Origin: Massalongia carnosa
Lineage: Eukaryota
Reading direction: 5' to 3'
Assembly: GCA_965645245.1 (NCBI GenBank)
Contig: OZ287072.1
Span: forward strand, 1,302,001-1,366,000
Length of the DNA stretch: 64,000 bases
Position numbers and translations under genes: made by a program. Below are positions 11,330 to 25,262 of this stretch, in pieces. Under the pieces are notes generated by a model, which was not told the DNA's origin, did not search any database, and was given only the letters and a program-made list of their open reading frames with translations. The first letter of the stretch is position 1, and each line of letters begins with the position of its first letter.

Positions 11330-13898
11330 ATGGCGGTCAACAGGATAAAGGGTGCTTTTGCAGCACCCAAGAAGGGAGAAACATTCGAACTTAGAGCAGG
11401 CCTGGTGTATGATATACTCTGAAGCTTACACCTTGGGAGATTTAGACGAGTTGACTGATATGTGTTCATCTAGTTCGCAATATGCATATGAAAGGTATGC
11501 GTTTGAAAGCGAAAGATTTCCCTTCCCCCGGCTGAAAAGTGGCATAGGAAGGAAGCAATTCAGAAAACCATCATGTCCATGACTTTAGGCAAAGATGTTT
11601 CTGCCTTGTTCCCTGACGTGCTAAAGAACATTGCAACGTCCGATCTAGATCAGAAGAAACTTGTGTATCTATATCTAATGTGCGTGTGCAATCAGCCTGA
11701 ATTTCAGTGCGCAAGCATTAGGAAGGCAGCTCATTAAAAGTTAGGAACTATGCAAAATCACATCCCGATCTTTGCATTCTCGCCGTCAATACTTTCGTTC
11801 AAGATTCTGAAGACCCTAACCCCCTTGTACGCGCTTTGGCAATCAGGACTATGGGTTGCATAAGGGTGGACAAAATGGTAGATTATATGGAAGAACCATT
11901 AAGGAAGACGTTACGCGACGAATCGCCGTACGTAAGGAAGACAGCTGCTATATGTGTCGCTAAGCTCTTTGACTTGAATCCTGCATTGTGCTTAGAAAAC
12001 GGTTTTTTGGAGACTTTGCAAGAGATGATGGGGGACCCCAACCCTATGGTTGTTGCCAATGCAGTCACCGCCCTGGCAGAGATCAATGAAACTGCTCCAG
12101 AGACTAAAGCTTTATCGATTTCACCGAATACGTTGAAAAAAATGCTGATGGCGCTAAATGAATGTACTGAATGGGGCAGAGTCAAGATACTCACTACTCT
12201 TGCAGATCACAAGGCGCTTGATATGAAGGAAGCAGAGCATATATGTGAGAGAGTATCGCCACAATTTCAGCACGTCAATCCGAGCGTAGTTCTCGCCGCA
12301 GTGAAAGTGGTTTTCCTCCACATGAGATTTATTAACCCGGATACTGCGAAATCTTACTTAAGAAAAATGGCTCCTCCACTCGGTTGGTACTCCGCAGTTC
12401 TAATCAAAGATATGAGCTTATCATCTGCAGTTACTCTTGTTGCTTCCCCCTCTGAAGTACAATATGTTGCTCTGCGCAATATCGATCTCCTCCTCCAAAA
12501 GCAGCCTGATATATTAAGCAAAGAGCTGCGAGTATTCTTCTGCAAATACAATGATCCGTCATACATCAAGTTTGAGAAACTCGAAATTATGGTGCGAATC
12601 GCAAACGACAAGAATTTTGATCAGTTGTTAGCAGAATTAAAAGAATATGCGCTGGAGGTTGATATGGATATCGTGAAGCGTGCTGTGAAAGCTATTGGGC
12701 AGGTTGCGATTAAGATAGAAAGTGCCAGTGAAAAATGTGTCAACACGTTACTGGATCTCATCAACACCAAGGTTAACTATGTTGTACAGGAAGCCATCGT
12801 AGTCATAAAAGACATTTTTCGGAAATATCCTGGGTATGAGGGCATAATTCCCACTTTATGTCAATGCATCGATGAGTTGGACGAACCAAATGCTCGTGGC
12901 TCACTGATATGGATTGTCGGAGAGTACGCAGAGAAGATCAGTAACGCGGGGGATATATTGTCAGGCTTTGTGGATGGTTTTATGGAGGAATTCACCCAGG
13001 TATTTTGGCTTTGATCGGGCTTCATACCATTACCTCTAACACTATCTAGACGCAACTACAAATTTTGACGGCAGTTGTTAAATTCTTCTTGAAAAGGCCA
13101 GACCAGACCCAGGCACAGAGCTTGGTGCAAAAGATCTTTCAAGCAGCCACAGCAGAAAACGATAACCCTGATGTACGAGATCGAGCGTACGTATATTGGC
13201 GATTGCTCTCCAGCAATGCCCAAATCGCACAGAACATTATCCTATCCGAGAAGCCCCCAATTACATCTACCATCCAATCCCTTCCCCCAGCTCTACTTGA
13301 ACGGTTGCTTACGGAGTTATCGACTCTCGCCTCGGTGTACCACAAACCACCTGAATCCTTTATAGGCCAAGGCAGGTATGGCGCGGACGCCGTGCAAAAA
13401 GCTGCCATAGAGTACGTCACCTGAATCATTCCAAAGTAGTCAAAGTCCCTACCGCTAACAATGCATCTCAGAGAACAACTACAAAACGCACGGGAAAACC
13501 CTCTTGCCGCCGCGACCGCCGCGGCCGCTGTCTCCGGTGCTCCTCCACCTTCCCAATCTAACATCGAAAACCTCCTTGACATAGACTTTGACGGCGCCGC
13601 ACCCGCCTCGGCACAAAAGTCCCCACCCTCGGGCATGTCAGGGCTCGAAGGCCTAGCCGGCACACCACAGCGTGAGGCCTCGCCAGCGTCACATGACGGA
13701 CATGCGTTAACCAGCAACAACCTCGACGACTTAATGGGATTGTCGAACGGCATGGCGGCAGCTGGGCAAAGCAATGGCCACCAGGACATGCTAGGGGGGT
13801 TCGCGGGCCTGGATCTGACCGCTGCAGGCCAACCGCCACCGCCGAAGCAGCAGCTAGGTGGGAAGAAAACTAATGAAGATTTATTGGGGTTGTATTGA
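11330..13898 (+). CDS. APL2: AP-1 adaptor complex beta subunit
   Basis: [25 protein letters not shown](21-nt exon)[24 protein letters not shown]...[19 protein letters not shown]; adaptin-N repeats; [16 protein letters not shown]; hinge clathrin box LLDIDFD; ends EDLLGLY with no ear domain (fungal type). Includes an in-frame 48-nt intron 12383-12430 that the ORF track reads through. Confidence 0.9.
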
Positions 13899-14319
13899 TC
13901 TACGGTTGGGAGAGCTAGGGAGGGTTTCGAAGATGCATGCCTTCAATCGGTCATTTGGGGCGTTTTTTGAGGACTTTGATGTGGGTTTGCATCTGGCCTT
14001 TTTTATAACCTTTCAGAAGTGTATAGAGGCTTGACGGCGTGGAATGGCGGTAGGGAGGGAAACATCTACATTCTTGTCGCCGTCTGTTTGACCTACGTTA
14101 GGTATCTATTGTCTCACGCTGGGGAGTGAAGCTTGCGGGGTGCATGAACGGATCCATATTGACTGAAAAGGCAAAACGGCCCCAGGGTTATGTCACAAAT
14201 CCAAGCTAAGGGAGTTTGGCTTTAGCTCTTAGATTACTGGGGTAAACAATATCATGAAGAAGCTAGGCTGCTAAGCCAATAGTAATCCCTTCGAAGTCCA
14301 CCACGTAGGCATAACCCAC

Positions 14320-16468
14320 CTAACCTAGTAAGACCCTAATCTCCGCCACCGTTCTCGGAAACAAGGCCCTTAACGGCGCTACCTCCGCCTCCTCCCCTGC
14401 GTCATCCCCTTGCTCCCATTCTCCCCCCTCTCCGTTCAACCGATCAACCAACTCTAGTCTTTCCTCCACATACTCAAAGTCTGCACAAAACCGCTCCACA
14501 GCCGCAGCCGTGATCTCAGCCGCCAACTTGGCGCCGCCGCCTAACTGTTCAAGGTTCTCCGTCGCGTCCATGAACGCCGAGGGGAGGAAGGCGTCAAGCG
14601 TTTGACTTGCTGCGGATAGAGAGGCGGGCTTCAAAGGGGGCAGGGATGGGATGGTTAGGAGGGCTGATTTGGGAGTTTCTGGGTCCGAAAAGGGGGCTAG
14701 GGCGGCGAGGATGGGGTGTAGGCCGGAGGCGTGGAGAAAGTAGGCGTGTTGATGGGAGGTTAAGGATACGGTGTGTGTTTCTAACGCCGAGTCTATGGAG
14801 GAGAGGTGTGTCGAAACGAAATCGTATGGTAAGAAGGTGGATTTGGTGGCTAGTAGACAGTTTATTAGAAATATTTCACGATGTGGGGGGTCGATGGTTT
14901 GTCCGAGGGCTTCGCAGACGGAGAGGTACGGATCGAAGGCGGAGGCGAGAATGGGAAGAAAATCGGCCGCGCGAGAGGAAGCGGGGGTGAAGGCTGAGTG
15001 ATAGGTTTTCAAAAGGGCGGCGAGTCGTGCCAGGGCTTCGGTTAAGAATTCGGGCACTTGTAAGTCCGCCGGTGGAAGATGAAGATCGGCTTGAATCGAG
15101 GCAACATGGTCGCTGGTAATAGCACGAAATTGGTGGAGGGCAGATTCTTCGAGGGTGGAGAGGGTTTCTAACATGCTTGAGTTGGCGCCGAGGAGTTTCG
15201 TGAACGTTAGGCGGTAGAAGTTTATCAGGTTAGCGATTTTGTACATTAAAACGGCGTTATCATGGTTTTGAATGGCTTGCTCCACTCGTTGCCGTATCGC
15301 TCGGGCAACGCCGGCAAGATTCCGGTTCACCAGCTCGCCCAGGGCTTTCCGTCCGTCAAAGGTTTCGCTATCAATGGTCGACCATGGCTCACTATCGCGG
15401 CCTGCTTGGATTCCTTTAGCAATTTCGTCGCCGTCGGATATGAAGAGACTTTCGAGTGCTTCGTGCTCAGAAACCGTTGTTGAGTGCGTCCAAGCAAACA
15501 TATCGCCAACATAGCGAAGGGGATCATGGGCATGGAATTCAATGGGTTTGGTCATTGGATTTGGTTCATGATCCATGGATGAGCCCGTCAGTGCCGCGTA
15601 GAATGTATCCGTTAGGACATGTTCTCGCGCCTCTGCAAAGAAGTCCAGACAGCTTTGGAACAGTGTTGGTCTCTCTGCAAGGACTCGAAGTCCCCGACGG
15701 ATCACCGAACTGATCTGGGGGCTTTCAAGATTCAGCGTCTTAAACTCACGCTGAATCCATCTATATAGCTTTTGATAGGCAGCATTCAAGTTCCTAGAGC
15801 TCTGATCCATCAGTTCAAGTCCGAGTCGCTGGTTTTCATTCCCAAGGAGAATCTGGCAATCGTTATGGATTTGCTTGACTCTTGCCAAGACGGCAAAAAA
15901 TTCATCGTCAACAGCTTCAGAGATGTCTGTCAAGACAGCCAACTCATCCTCCGAGACAACAAAATGATTGTGGAATGCGTCCAGCAGTTGCTTTTTGGTC
16001 TCAAGATCATGTTTCTGCGCCAGAAGCGTGGATGCTTCCTCCAGCACAGGTGCATTTTCCTGGTGTGCGGCAGCTACATGCTGACGCATATCTTCACAGG
16101 ATTTGTTGAGACTTGCGATTGTAGATCCAATGCGTCTGAGTTGCTGGTGCCTTCTCAGCTGAAGCTACCACATACATTATTCGAATCGAACAGACCTCGG
16201 CGACATGGCCAAACTCTTTGACAATTCTACCGTTGCATTCTAGGACCTCTTTCTGCACATCCAATCTCAGCCTCCGTCTGGTTGTAGAACTGTTCTGTAC
16301 ATTTCTTGCATCTAGCATGCGTAGAGCTTCCCTGATCTCCGGGTCTGCATACGAAGCGGAAAGAACGTTTGACAGTTTGTTTGTCAAGGCATTTGATCTT
16401 TGGGGTAGTGAAGGGAGCACATGCTTGTCATCACAGCCATCCAAGATATCACTGATACCACCTGCCAT
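14320..16468 (-). CDS. COG6: Conserved oligomeric Golgi complex subunit 6
   Basis: SNALTNKLSNVLSASYAD...RRRLRLDVQKEV, intron ~16144-16195, LYRWIQREFK, LAERPTLFQSCLD, KPIEFHAHDPLRYVGDMFAWTHS, LFPRTVAEIRVLL. Confidence 0.92.
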
Positions 16469-16900
16469 ATTGCATAGGACTCATACGAAACCCGTTCGCA
16501 CATGAATTGAAAGTACTATTTAGATGGAACTCAAAGAAGTTCCTACAATGTGTAAGACTGTGTGTAGGAATCCATGTGGGTTGGTTATCACGTGAGTAAC
16601 TAGCTAACTAGTTCGCCCTCCAGGGCTTGCGAATAATGCGGCGTCTTTCAATGCGTCCATTCTCAGACGTTACACTCACATGGTCACTTGGTTACCAGAT
16701 CGTTGATACATTACTCTGTTTCAGGCAAGCTCAACAGTCAGATGCAATCTGAGTAGCGTATCATTTCAGTCCAGATGACCTGATCGTCCAAACGGCAGCT
16801 GTCGCGTTGGACAAGACCCTGCGACAATGCGGCCTTCGATCTGGGACTCCAGGTTAACACTTTTTCTCAGAACACTACCGGTATCTTGGTCTTGTCAACC

Positions 16901-19743
16901 ATGATGGCTTCAAACATTCTTTCCCGATTCCTTCCTCCTGCAACGGGATCACCTTCGGTGTACGAAACGCTGCGACGACATGATCACTCATCAGATCAAT
17001 CTGACATCGAAGAGCGAGCAGGTATGGCTCTAGATGAGGAAAACCTTGGTGGCGGATTTCAAGATTACGAGCTTAACGATGCCCTCCCTCACCTAGCTGC
17101 CCGTCAAATGGACCTCTCGATTCCTGCAAAAACGAAACGGAAGGCTCTAGTAACCTCCAAGAGAGCGCTCTACAATAAAGCACGACCTCAAGCATCTCCA
17201 AAATTGGTTGCACCAGATGATCCAGATGATGAGGTTCCAATGTCGCTCCTTGTTGAGGATGAGGACGATGTGGTTCCAGCAGTGGAAGGAAGGCGGCCCA
17301 GGGAAATACTGCCTCCAGTTCCGGGTCCTACAACTCGAGGCGCGAGAGCCAAATGGCAAGCCACGCAAGCGCAACATCGACTCCATTCCGATCTTAGTCC
17401 TGGCGTTCCAAATCCTACGGAACTTTCTCGACGAGGTCATCCTCTAAATATGATAGACCCGAAAGAAAAGGCGCTTTGGAGATGGGCGAACGTCGAGAAC
17501 TTAGATAACTTCCTCAAAGACGTTTATGATTACTTTCTTGGAAACGGAATCTGGTGCATACTTTTGAGCAGGATATTGAACCTTCTGTGAGTTGTTACGA
17601 GTATTATTACCTCGTATAAGATGACTAATATAGGTTTAGCACGTTGGCTTTCGTTGTTGGGTTCAGCACTTTCCTAACCTCATGTATCGACTTCAAAAAA
17701 GTCCCGTCGAGTAAACACATGTCAGAGATTCTGATTCCAAAATGTGCGAAGAATTTGTCTGGGTCTGCTAACTTGTTGATTTGGCTTTTCGCGTTCCTTT
17801 GGATTTGCAAACTGTTTCAATATTTCTTAGATATTCGTCGTCTAAAGCAAATGCAAAATTTCTATCATTATCTTCTCGAGATACCAGATACCGATATTCA
17901 AACAGTCTCGTGGCAAGAAGTTGTCAAGCGTCTCATGCTACTACGGGATTCGAATCCGTCTACGGCGGCAGGCGTTTCTGAACGGCACCGTCGCTTCATG
18001 GGAAGTCAGTCAAAGCAGCGTATGGATGCTCATGACATCGCCAACCGGCTCATGCGAAGAGATAATTACCTGATTGCTCTTATCAATAAAGATATTCTTG
18101 ATCTTACACTGCCGATACCCTTCTTCAAAACCAGACAGTTATTCTCAAAGACCCTTGAGTGGAATTTAAGTCTCTGTATTCTGGACTACGTATTCAATGA
18201 ACAGGGTCAAGTTCGGCCACTTTTCCTCAAAGATACTCATCGGCGGGCTCTCAGCGACGGCTTGCGAAGGCGCTTTTTATTCGCCGGTGTTATGAATGTT
18301 CTCTGTGCTCCATTTATCATACTATACTTTATGATGTTATATTTCTTTCGCTATTTCAACGAGTATCAACGTAATCCGTCTCAGATCGGCTCTCGCCAAT
18401 ACACACCTCTTGCCGAGTGGAAATTTCGAGAATTCAACGAGCTTTGGCATCTTTTCCAGCGACGAACCAACATGTCATACCCCTTCGCTTCACGATATAT
18501 TGATCAGTTCCCCAAAGATAAAACGGTTCAACTATCTCGCTTCGTAGCTTTTGTTACTGGTGCTCTTGCCTCCGTCTTGGCGCTTGCCTCCGTTGTCGAT
18601 CCTGAGTTGTTTCTGGGGTTTGAGATTACACCTGAACGGACTGTGTTGTTCTACCTGGGTGTTTTCGGGACCGTATGGGCTGTTGCCAGGGGAGCTGTTC
18701 CAGAAGAAACACTTGTGTTTGATCCCGAATATGCGCTGAACAACGTCACCGAATATACGCATTACTTGCCAAGCCATTGGCGGGGTCGACTTCATAGCGA
18801 TGGAGTACGGGCTGAATTTGCTCTTCTTTATCAAATGAAAGTTATCATATTCCTTGAGGAGATTCTTAGTATTATCTTCACGCCTTTTATACTCTGGTTC
18901 AGTCTCCCTAAATGCAGCGACCGATTAGTAGACTTCTTTCGAGAATTTACCATCCACGTTGATGGTCTAGGGTATGTCTGTTCTTTCGCGGTATTTGACT
19001 TCAAGAAAGGAGGCAACAATCTAGCTCAGCAGAGCGATGGAGCAGCTCAAGATCTTCGGGAGGAGTACTATTCTACTAAAGATGGAAAAATGCTTGCTTC
19101 TTACTATGGCTTCATCGACAATTACGTTACGAATCAACGACCTGGTGTCCCATTTCTACATCCTTCCGCAAAGCGAACCTTTCACCCTCCGCCGGCTTTT
19201 CCTGGAATGATGTCACCAGGTCTTGCTGCTGAAGTGAACGCCCCAGGCAACAGTCGAATCGACAAAACTATTCCCCACCAAAGAATGCGCAGCCGATCAA
19301 TTATAGTTGGGCCGAGCCATGGGCATCACCCTGGGCAGCGCACTCCAAGATTTGTTCCTCTCGGCGGGCAACCGTCGCCAATGGCATCAGTATTATTGGA
19401 TCCACAACATCAGCCCTCACCATCGAGCTTGAGAAACCCCCTCAGGTTTGGCACTCAATCAAGGCTGCGAGCTTCACGAAGACCGCTCATTGATCCGGTC
19501 GAGGATGATGAGGAGGCGCTGCTTGAACAGACTCCACGATTGAGTAGAGATGAAAGTGAAGGCGCCGTTGATGATAGTAATCTGGGTGACTCATGGAAGA
19601 CGACCCGTGCAGGTACGTTAGAAGAAGATGCGGAAGAAGACGCACAAGCCATGCACCAGGATCAAGGACCTGGTGTCTTGGGTCTTGTATACCAATTTTC
19701 AAAAGCCCAAACAGAGGGTAGGGGAACTGCTGTTAACATTTAG
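16901..19743 (+). CDS. ATG9: Autophagy protein Atg9 (lipid scramblase)
   Basis: [22 protein letters not shown], intron 17587-17639, [70 protein letters not shown]. Confidence 0.96.
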
Positions 19744-20440
19744 CATTGCATGAAGGTTGCATCGCATTGGTAAGAGCAACACGGGTATAGGGCGTTAATC
19801 TGTGGCGCTCGCAACCTTTTTTTGGTAGCCCAAACAGCTACAGCTGTACCGTCGTTAGGCATGGACTGTACTTGTACGTGAGTGGATTAAACAAGTTGTT
19901 GGCATAAACAGCGCAGAATATTCAAACCTTTATGTTTTTACTCATACCATCAACAATTGGATAACTTTGACATGGTTTTTCCATCTAATTATTAATTTGT
20001 TTCTGCTCATCTTCTAGCGCTAAACTCTTCCGTTACTCATTTTTACGGAGATCGCGGGCCGAAAATTTTTCCACGATCATTTTTCCGCGCCGCCAACAAC
20101 GATCCCTAAACCACCAGCCGATGATATATATTTTTCGTGTACGCTATATCTTAGATATCTTTAAATGAGGTTTTGCAGATTCAGTCGGTATGGGGTTTGG
20201 GAAATTTGAGCTGTTTGCGGATTTACATACCTATATAGATGCATCAATGATACGAAACTTACGGATGATATCGTCCAAAATTTAATAATATACGAACAAA
20301 CACCTTCCTCCCTTCCTTAGGTACGCACCATCATCCGGCGGGATCACCTTTAACTGTCGCGCCTACGTTACTCTAATTGGTTCGCGCCCAAGGTTTTAAG
20401 AATTCCATAGGGTCTTTCCTATACTGTTAGAGTGGTGCCC

Positions 20441-21762
20441 ATGGAGATGGCTAGTCATGGCGCAGTCCCCGTAGAAGAGTACGAGTATGCGGTCTCTTGA
20501 GCCAACATTCTGTATAAGCTATCATTTCTAACTCTGTGCTTTAGCTACGAAACTTTGCCCTCAAACTTTTCTCTTGCTGATAACATGCTGGCCGGCGCAT
20601 TCGCTGGTATTGCAGTACGATCTACTTCTCTGCCCGTCATTCTCTTCTTGGAATTTTATCTTGAAGCTAATGTGAGCTTAGGAGCATACTGTGATGTACC
20701 CTGTCGATCTGCTCAAGGTGAGAGTTTTCCCACCACACTCGAGATCCCAAGCTCACACTACCCAGACACGCCTCCAGGTTATAAACCCTTCCCCTGGCGG
20801 AATCTACACAAGTCTCTCCAATGCTGTCGCGACAATCACAAAAATTGAGGGTACAGCTTCCCTATGGCGTGGGATATCAAGCGTCATTGTCGGCGCCGGT
20901 AGGTGACCAGTAGCTCCAAATCGCGGCGGGGGTTAAACTTTGTTACAGGCCCCGCGCACGCAGTCTATTTTGCGACATATGAGGCAGTCAAACAAGCTAT
21001 GGGCGGCAACAAAGGGACGGAGCATCATCCTTTGGCTGCCGGTAGATTTACTTGTAGTGGCAAGAAGTTGTTTTGTGGCGCGCTAACACAACCATAGCTA
21101 CTAGCGGAGCATGCGCAACGATTGCCAGCGATGCATTAATGAACCCGTTTGATGGTGAGGAGCTCCAATATTTATTTTCCACGTTTGCTAATATGTAATC
21201 AGTTGTCAAACAGAGGATGCAGGTACATGGGTCCGTCTACAAGTCAATCTCGCAGTGTACTAGATCAGTGTACAAAGCTGAAGGCATAGCGGCTTTCTAT
21301 GTTTCTTACCCTACAACACTCGCTATGACCGTTCCTTTTACAGCTCTTCAGTTTACGTTTTATGAGTCCATCTCGAAAGTAATGAATCCTTCAAAAGTAT
21401 ACGACCCGGTAACCCACTGTATTGCTGGAGGCCTAGCGGGCGCTTTCGCTGCTGGGATGACAACCCCTCTTGATGTCATCAAGACTTTGTTGCAGACACG
21501 CGGTACTGCTAATGATGCAGAGATAAGGTCTGCGAGGGGGTTGATGGAGGCAGCATCAATCATCAAGAGGCAACATGGGTGGGCGGGGTTTTTCCGAGGA
21601 CTCCGTCCTAGGATTATTACCACCATGCCGAGCACTGCGATCTGCTGGTAAATATTTCCTGCGATCTGAAGTATTTGAAATATTTGAAATATTAATATCC
21701 GATCTAGGTCATCCTACGAAATGGCGAAGGCATATTTCATACGGAAATCCAAGGACTCATAA
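20441..21762 (+). CDS. Mitochondrial iron carrier (mitoferrin, Mrs3/Mrs4/MrsA)
   Basis: [125 protein letters not shown]. Three PxDxxKxR-type carrier repeats across several short introns. Confidence 0.93.
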
Positions 21763-22588
21763 CATTCGTTCATCCGCTAGTGAAACGTCTCCGCTCGGAG
21801 AACACTTTCTTCGACATCAAGAAAGCACTCTCGCTATGGCGGATGTCTATCCTTGTTATGCGCATCATCTTTTCTATTCGCGAGCTTGATTCCCTCCCTC
21901 CGATCTCCCTATCTTCCTAGACTTCATATTGCGATCAGGGCGTTGGAAAAAGGCTCAATCCTGTGATCTTAGCGTTGCATCAGTCATACGAATCTTTTAT
22001 GATAGAATGGGCGGCATCAAGTGCTTTCAAAATTTGGAGGGGCAAAAGGATGCTGCATAGACACCGCATTTACAGGTCGTTTGGCGGCGTTTTCCCGCCG
22101 TTGGCCAACAGCTATTTCAGACTACTTTCATATTTCTCTTTGTACATAGCCATTACTTAGTCGAAGGAAACCCTTTGAATCTAAGGCCGATTTGGCAGGC
22201 TTCCCCAAGCGATCTTAATTTATGCAAGAGGTTCAAACCTTTGTGTTAGCACATAATCGAGACCTCTGAATCACCCAGGAAGATCGGAAGAAGAAAATAT
22301 AAAATTAAGACGGGATCTCTCAAAGGCGTTTAATTAAGGATGATGTCTTGACGTCAACTGTTACGTGTAGCAACGGACTTTGCAATAGAAAAAAAGTTAT
22401 TATGGAATCCATCTAGTACGCATCACGTGATCTAGATAAATCAGTACCTGAGACCCAACGTCATTTGGCATTGACACGAGGCTTTACCATCCACATGTTG
22501 AACTTCTCCCACACGCTGCCTAATAAGCCCATTTCTTTACTAATTTCAATGTATTTCGCAGACAACTCCGAGAAATTGGCCACGCTCA

Positions 22589-25262
22589 ATGATGCGGAAC
22601 AAAACATCATCTTCTATGCAGAAGACATATGATGAATGCTACTTAATCTGTTCAACAGCCGTTTACTTTGAGGGCCAGGTCTGTTCAAACGATCGGGGTC
22701 TCAACTTTCGCAGTATTTGGCTGACGATTGGTATATGATAGAATAATGAAGCAGAGGCACTGCGTTCGTGGCGATCTGCCCTTGAGCAGATCACCTATCA
22801 CAATGCATATCGAGTCCCGCCCAACTACAGACCGAAGTCAGAGACAGAAAAAGCCCTCCAAGACTCGCTTCGAGATATGGAGTTACAGTGCAAGGAGCGA
22901 GTTAATTTGTTAGTTGCTTTGAAACAAAGTCGAGATGACGCCAAGGAATGCAACGAGAAACCCACGGATGATGCAGGTCGCCTACGTAAAACACCCGTAT
23001 TAGGAACAGCAGAGGTAGATGGCTCACAAAGCTATCCGCCGGACTGGATTTCGCAGAAGTCAATCTCTGCCATGGATTATCATGACCTCTCGAAAATTTC
23101 CCTTCCACCACCTTTGCCTTCAAGGCCATCCATTTTGCCTAAGAACGGCTCACAGGTCTCCGTTGAACGGTCTCAAAGCAGCCCTCAGATTACTACAATT
23201 AGAAGCACGATACCGTTTGAACCGCCGCCATTACCCATCCTCCTCAAACAACCGTCAAGGACACCGAGTCCTGAAAAGAGGAGTCGTATGCTGACTACCT
23301 TGAGAGGTACCAAGGATGGGAAGAAGCCCTCGAAATCGCCTAGAACCTCGGGCGGTCGCAGATCAGGGCCTCCGGCTGCTTCGAAAGCTGCGGGGCTCGC
23401 TTGGGACTCAGTCTCCCGAGTTTCTGGACAAAAGCTTGGACAGAGCTTGATGGCTCAGAACAGCAGCACAACTACGCTAGAATCTATGCACCGAGATAGT
23501 TTTGGGGATAGTGCTACCTCTCGACGAGGGTCAATCAAACCTAATGGAGAGGACCTGAACTCTAGAAGTAACGGCTTCCTGCGCCAACCAAGCGTACCCG
23601 ACCTAACTTCATCTCAAGATTCTATGAGGCCAAATATCCATCATGCAGGCCAAGAAGACTTCAAACAACAGAATCGCAATGAAATTTCGGAGCTACAGTC
23701 TCAAACAGCCGCAGGGCTGATATCGCCGAGGCCACCAACCCCTCCACCTTATCCACGAGTGATGAAAGATGTGGTTTTGACCAAAGCTCGGCCCAAATCC
23801 CCTGTGCGCCCAAGGGCGCAAGCAGACTTTCTTTCCTACAGAAATGAATATCCTCCGACTCCTCCAAGCGCCAAGTTAACGGCTCAATATGTTGCTCGCA
23901 AACAAAACAGAGCAAATGAGAATATCTCGACCTTGCCTTTAAGACAGCGATCTCCAGAAAATAAAGCTGAACTAAACAATACCTCACGGCGCCCTATCGC
24001 AAATATCTCCACCCCCCGAGCAAGTATGCAGAATACTAACTCTTCGGCCAAACCGGCATCCTCGGATAGTGGTGATGATAATCCTAGTAATAGTCGTCAA
24101 GTTAAGAGCGATCACAGGCCGGCCTCACATAAGCCTTCCCAAAGCCCTGTCCCATCAAACCAATCCACACCATCTCTAAATCCACCTGATCGAGACCTGT
24201 CTGAGGTACCGCTGTCTTTGATGGCCTTAAACGATCGCATCGAATATATTAGAGAACATCTACCTAAAGGGGTTGACGAAAACGCTGCTAAGCAGATTTT
24301 CAATGAAATTGTAATTCAAGGGGACGAAGTGCATTGGGATGATGTAGCAGGCTTAGATGCAGCCAAAACAGCACTGAAAGAAGCAGTTGTCTACCCGTTC
24401 CTTCGGCCTGACCTCTTCATGGGTCTACGTGAGCCAGCTCGTGGTATGCTCTTGTTTGGACCCCCCGGGACTGGAAAGACTATGCTTGCAAGAGCTGTTG
24501 CCACTGAGTCCCGATCCACTTTCTTCGCAATCTCGGCGAGTAGTCTAACGTCCAAATGGCTTGGCGAGTCCGAAAAACTAGTGCGGGCACTTTTCTCCTT
24601 GGCGAAAGCGCTTGCCCCGTCTATCATCTTTGTTGATGAGATTGACTCTTTGCTGTCGTCGCGTGGAGGATCAAGCGAACATGAATCGACTAGACGGATC
24701 AAGACGGAATTCTTGATCCAATGGTCCGACTTGCAACGAGCAGCAGCAGGTAAAGCTCAGACGGACAAGGAGAACCAAGTTGGTGATGCGAGCCGAGTAC
24801 TAGTCCTCGCGGCCACGAACTTGCCATGGGCAATTGATGAAGCTGCACGAAGGCGGTTCGTCCGGCGTCAATATATTCCGTTGCCGGAAGGCCCTGTAAG
24901 AGCGACGCAATTGCGGACGTTACTGGGGCATCAGAAACATAGTTTGAATAAGAAGGATATCCAAGTGTTAGTGGAGTTGACAGACGGTATGTATACGAAG
25001 CTTCACTCCAGTGTCATGGCAATTGACCTGTATATTTTAAGGCTTCTCCGGTTCGGACATCACCGCATTAGCCAAGGATGCAGCGATGGGTCCTCTACGA
25101 AGCCTTGGGGAGGCGTTACTTCTGATGTCTATGGATGAGATCCGACCCATATCATTTGACGATTTTGAGGCAAGCCTTATCAACATCCGGCCTAGTGTAA
25201 GCAAGCAGGGTTTACAGCAGTTTGAGGATTGGGCTAAGGAGTTTGGTGAACGAGGTGGCTGA
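22589..25262 (+). CDS. Spastin/fidgetin-like (Yta6/Sap1-type) AAA ATPase
   Basis: N-exon [60 protein letters not shown]; Walker A GPPGTGKT; Walker [29 protein letters not shown]; last exon [19 protein letters not shown]...[10 protein letters not shown]. Confidence 0.9.

Noticed and set aside
19750..20440. SreA (ATCWGATAA) or HapX bipartite sites in the mitoferrin promoter
   Set aside because: Only loose GATA and CCAAT cores are present; no full consensus match found.
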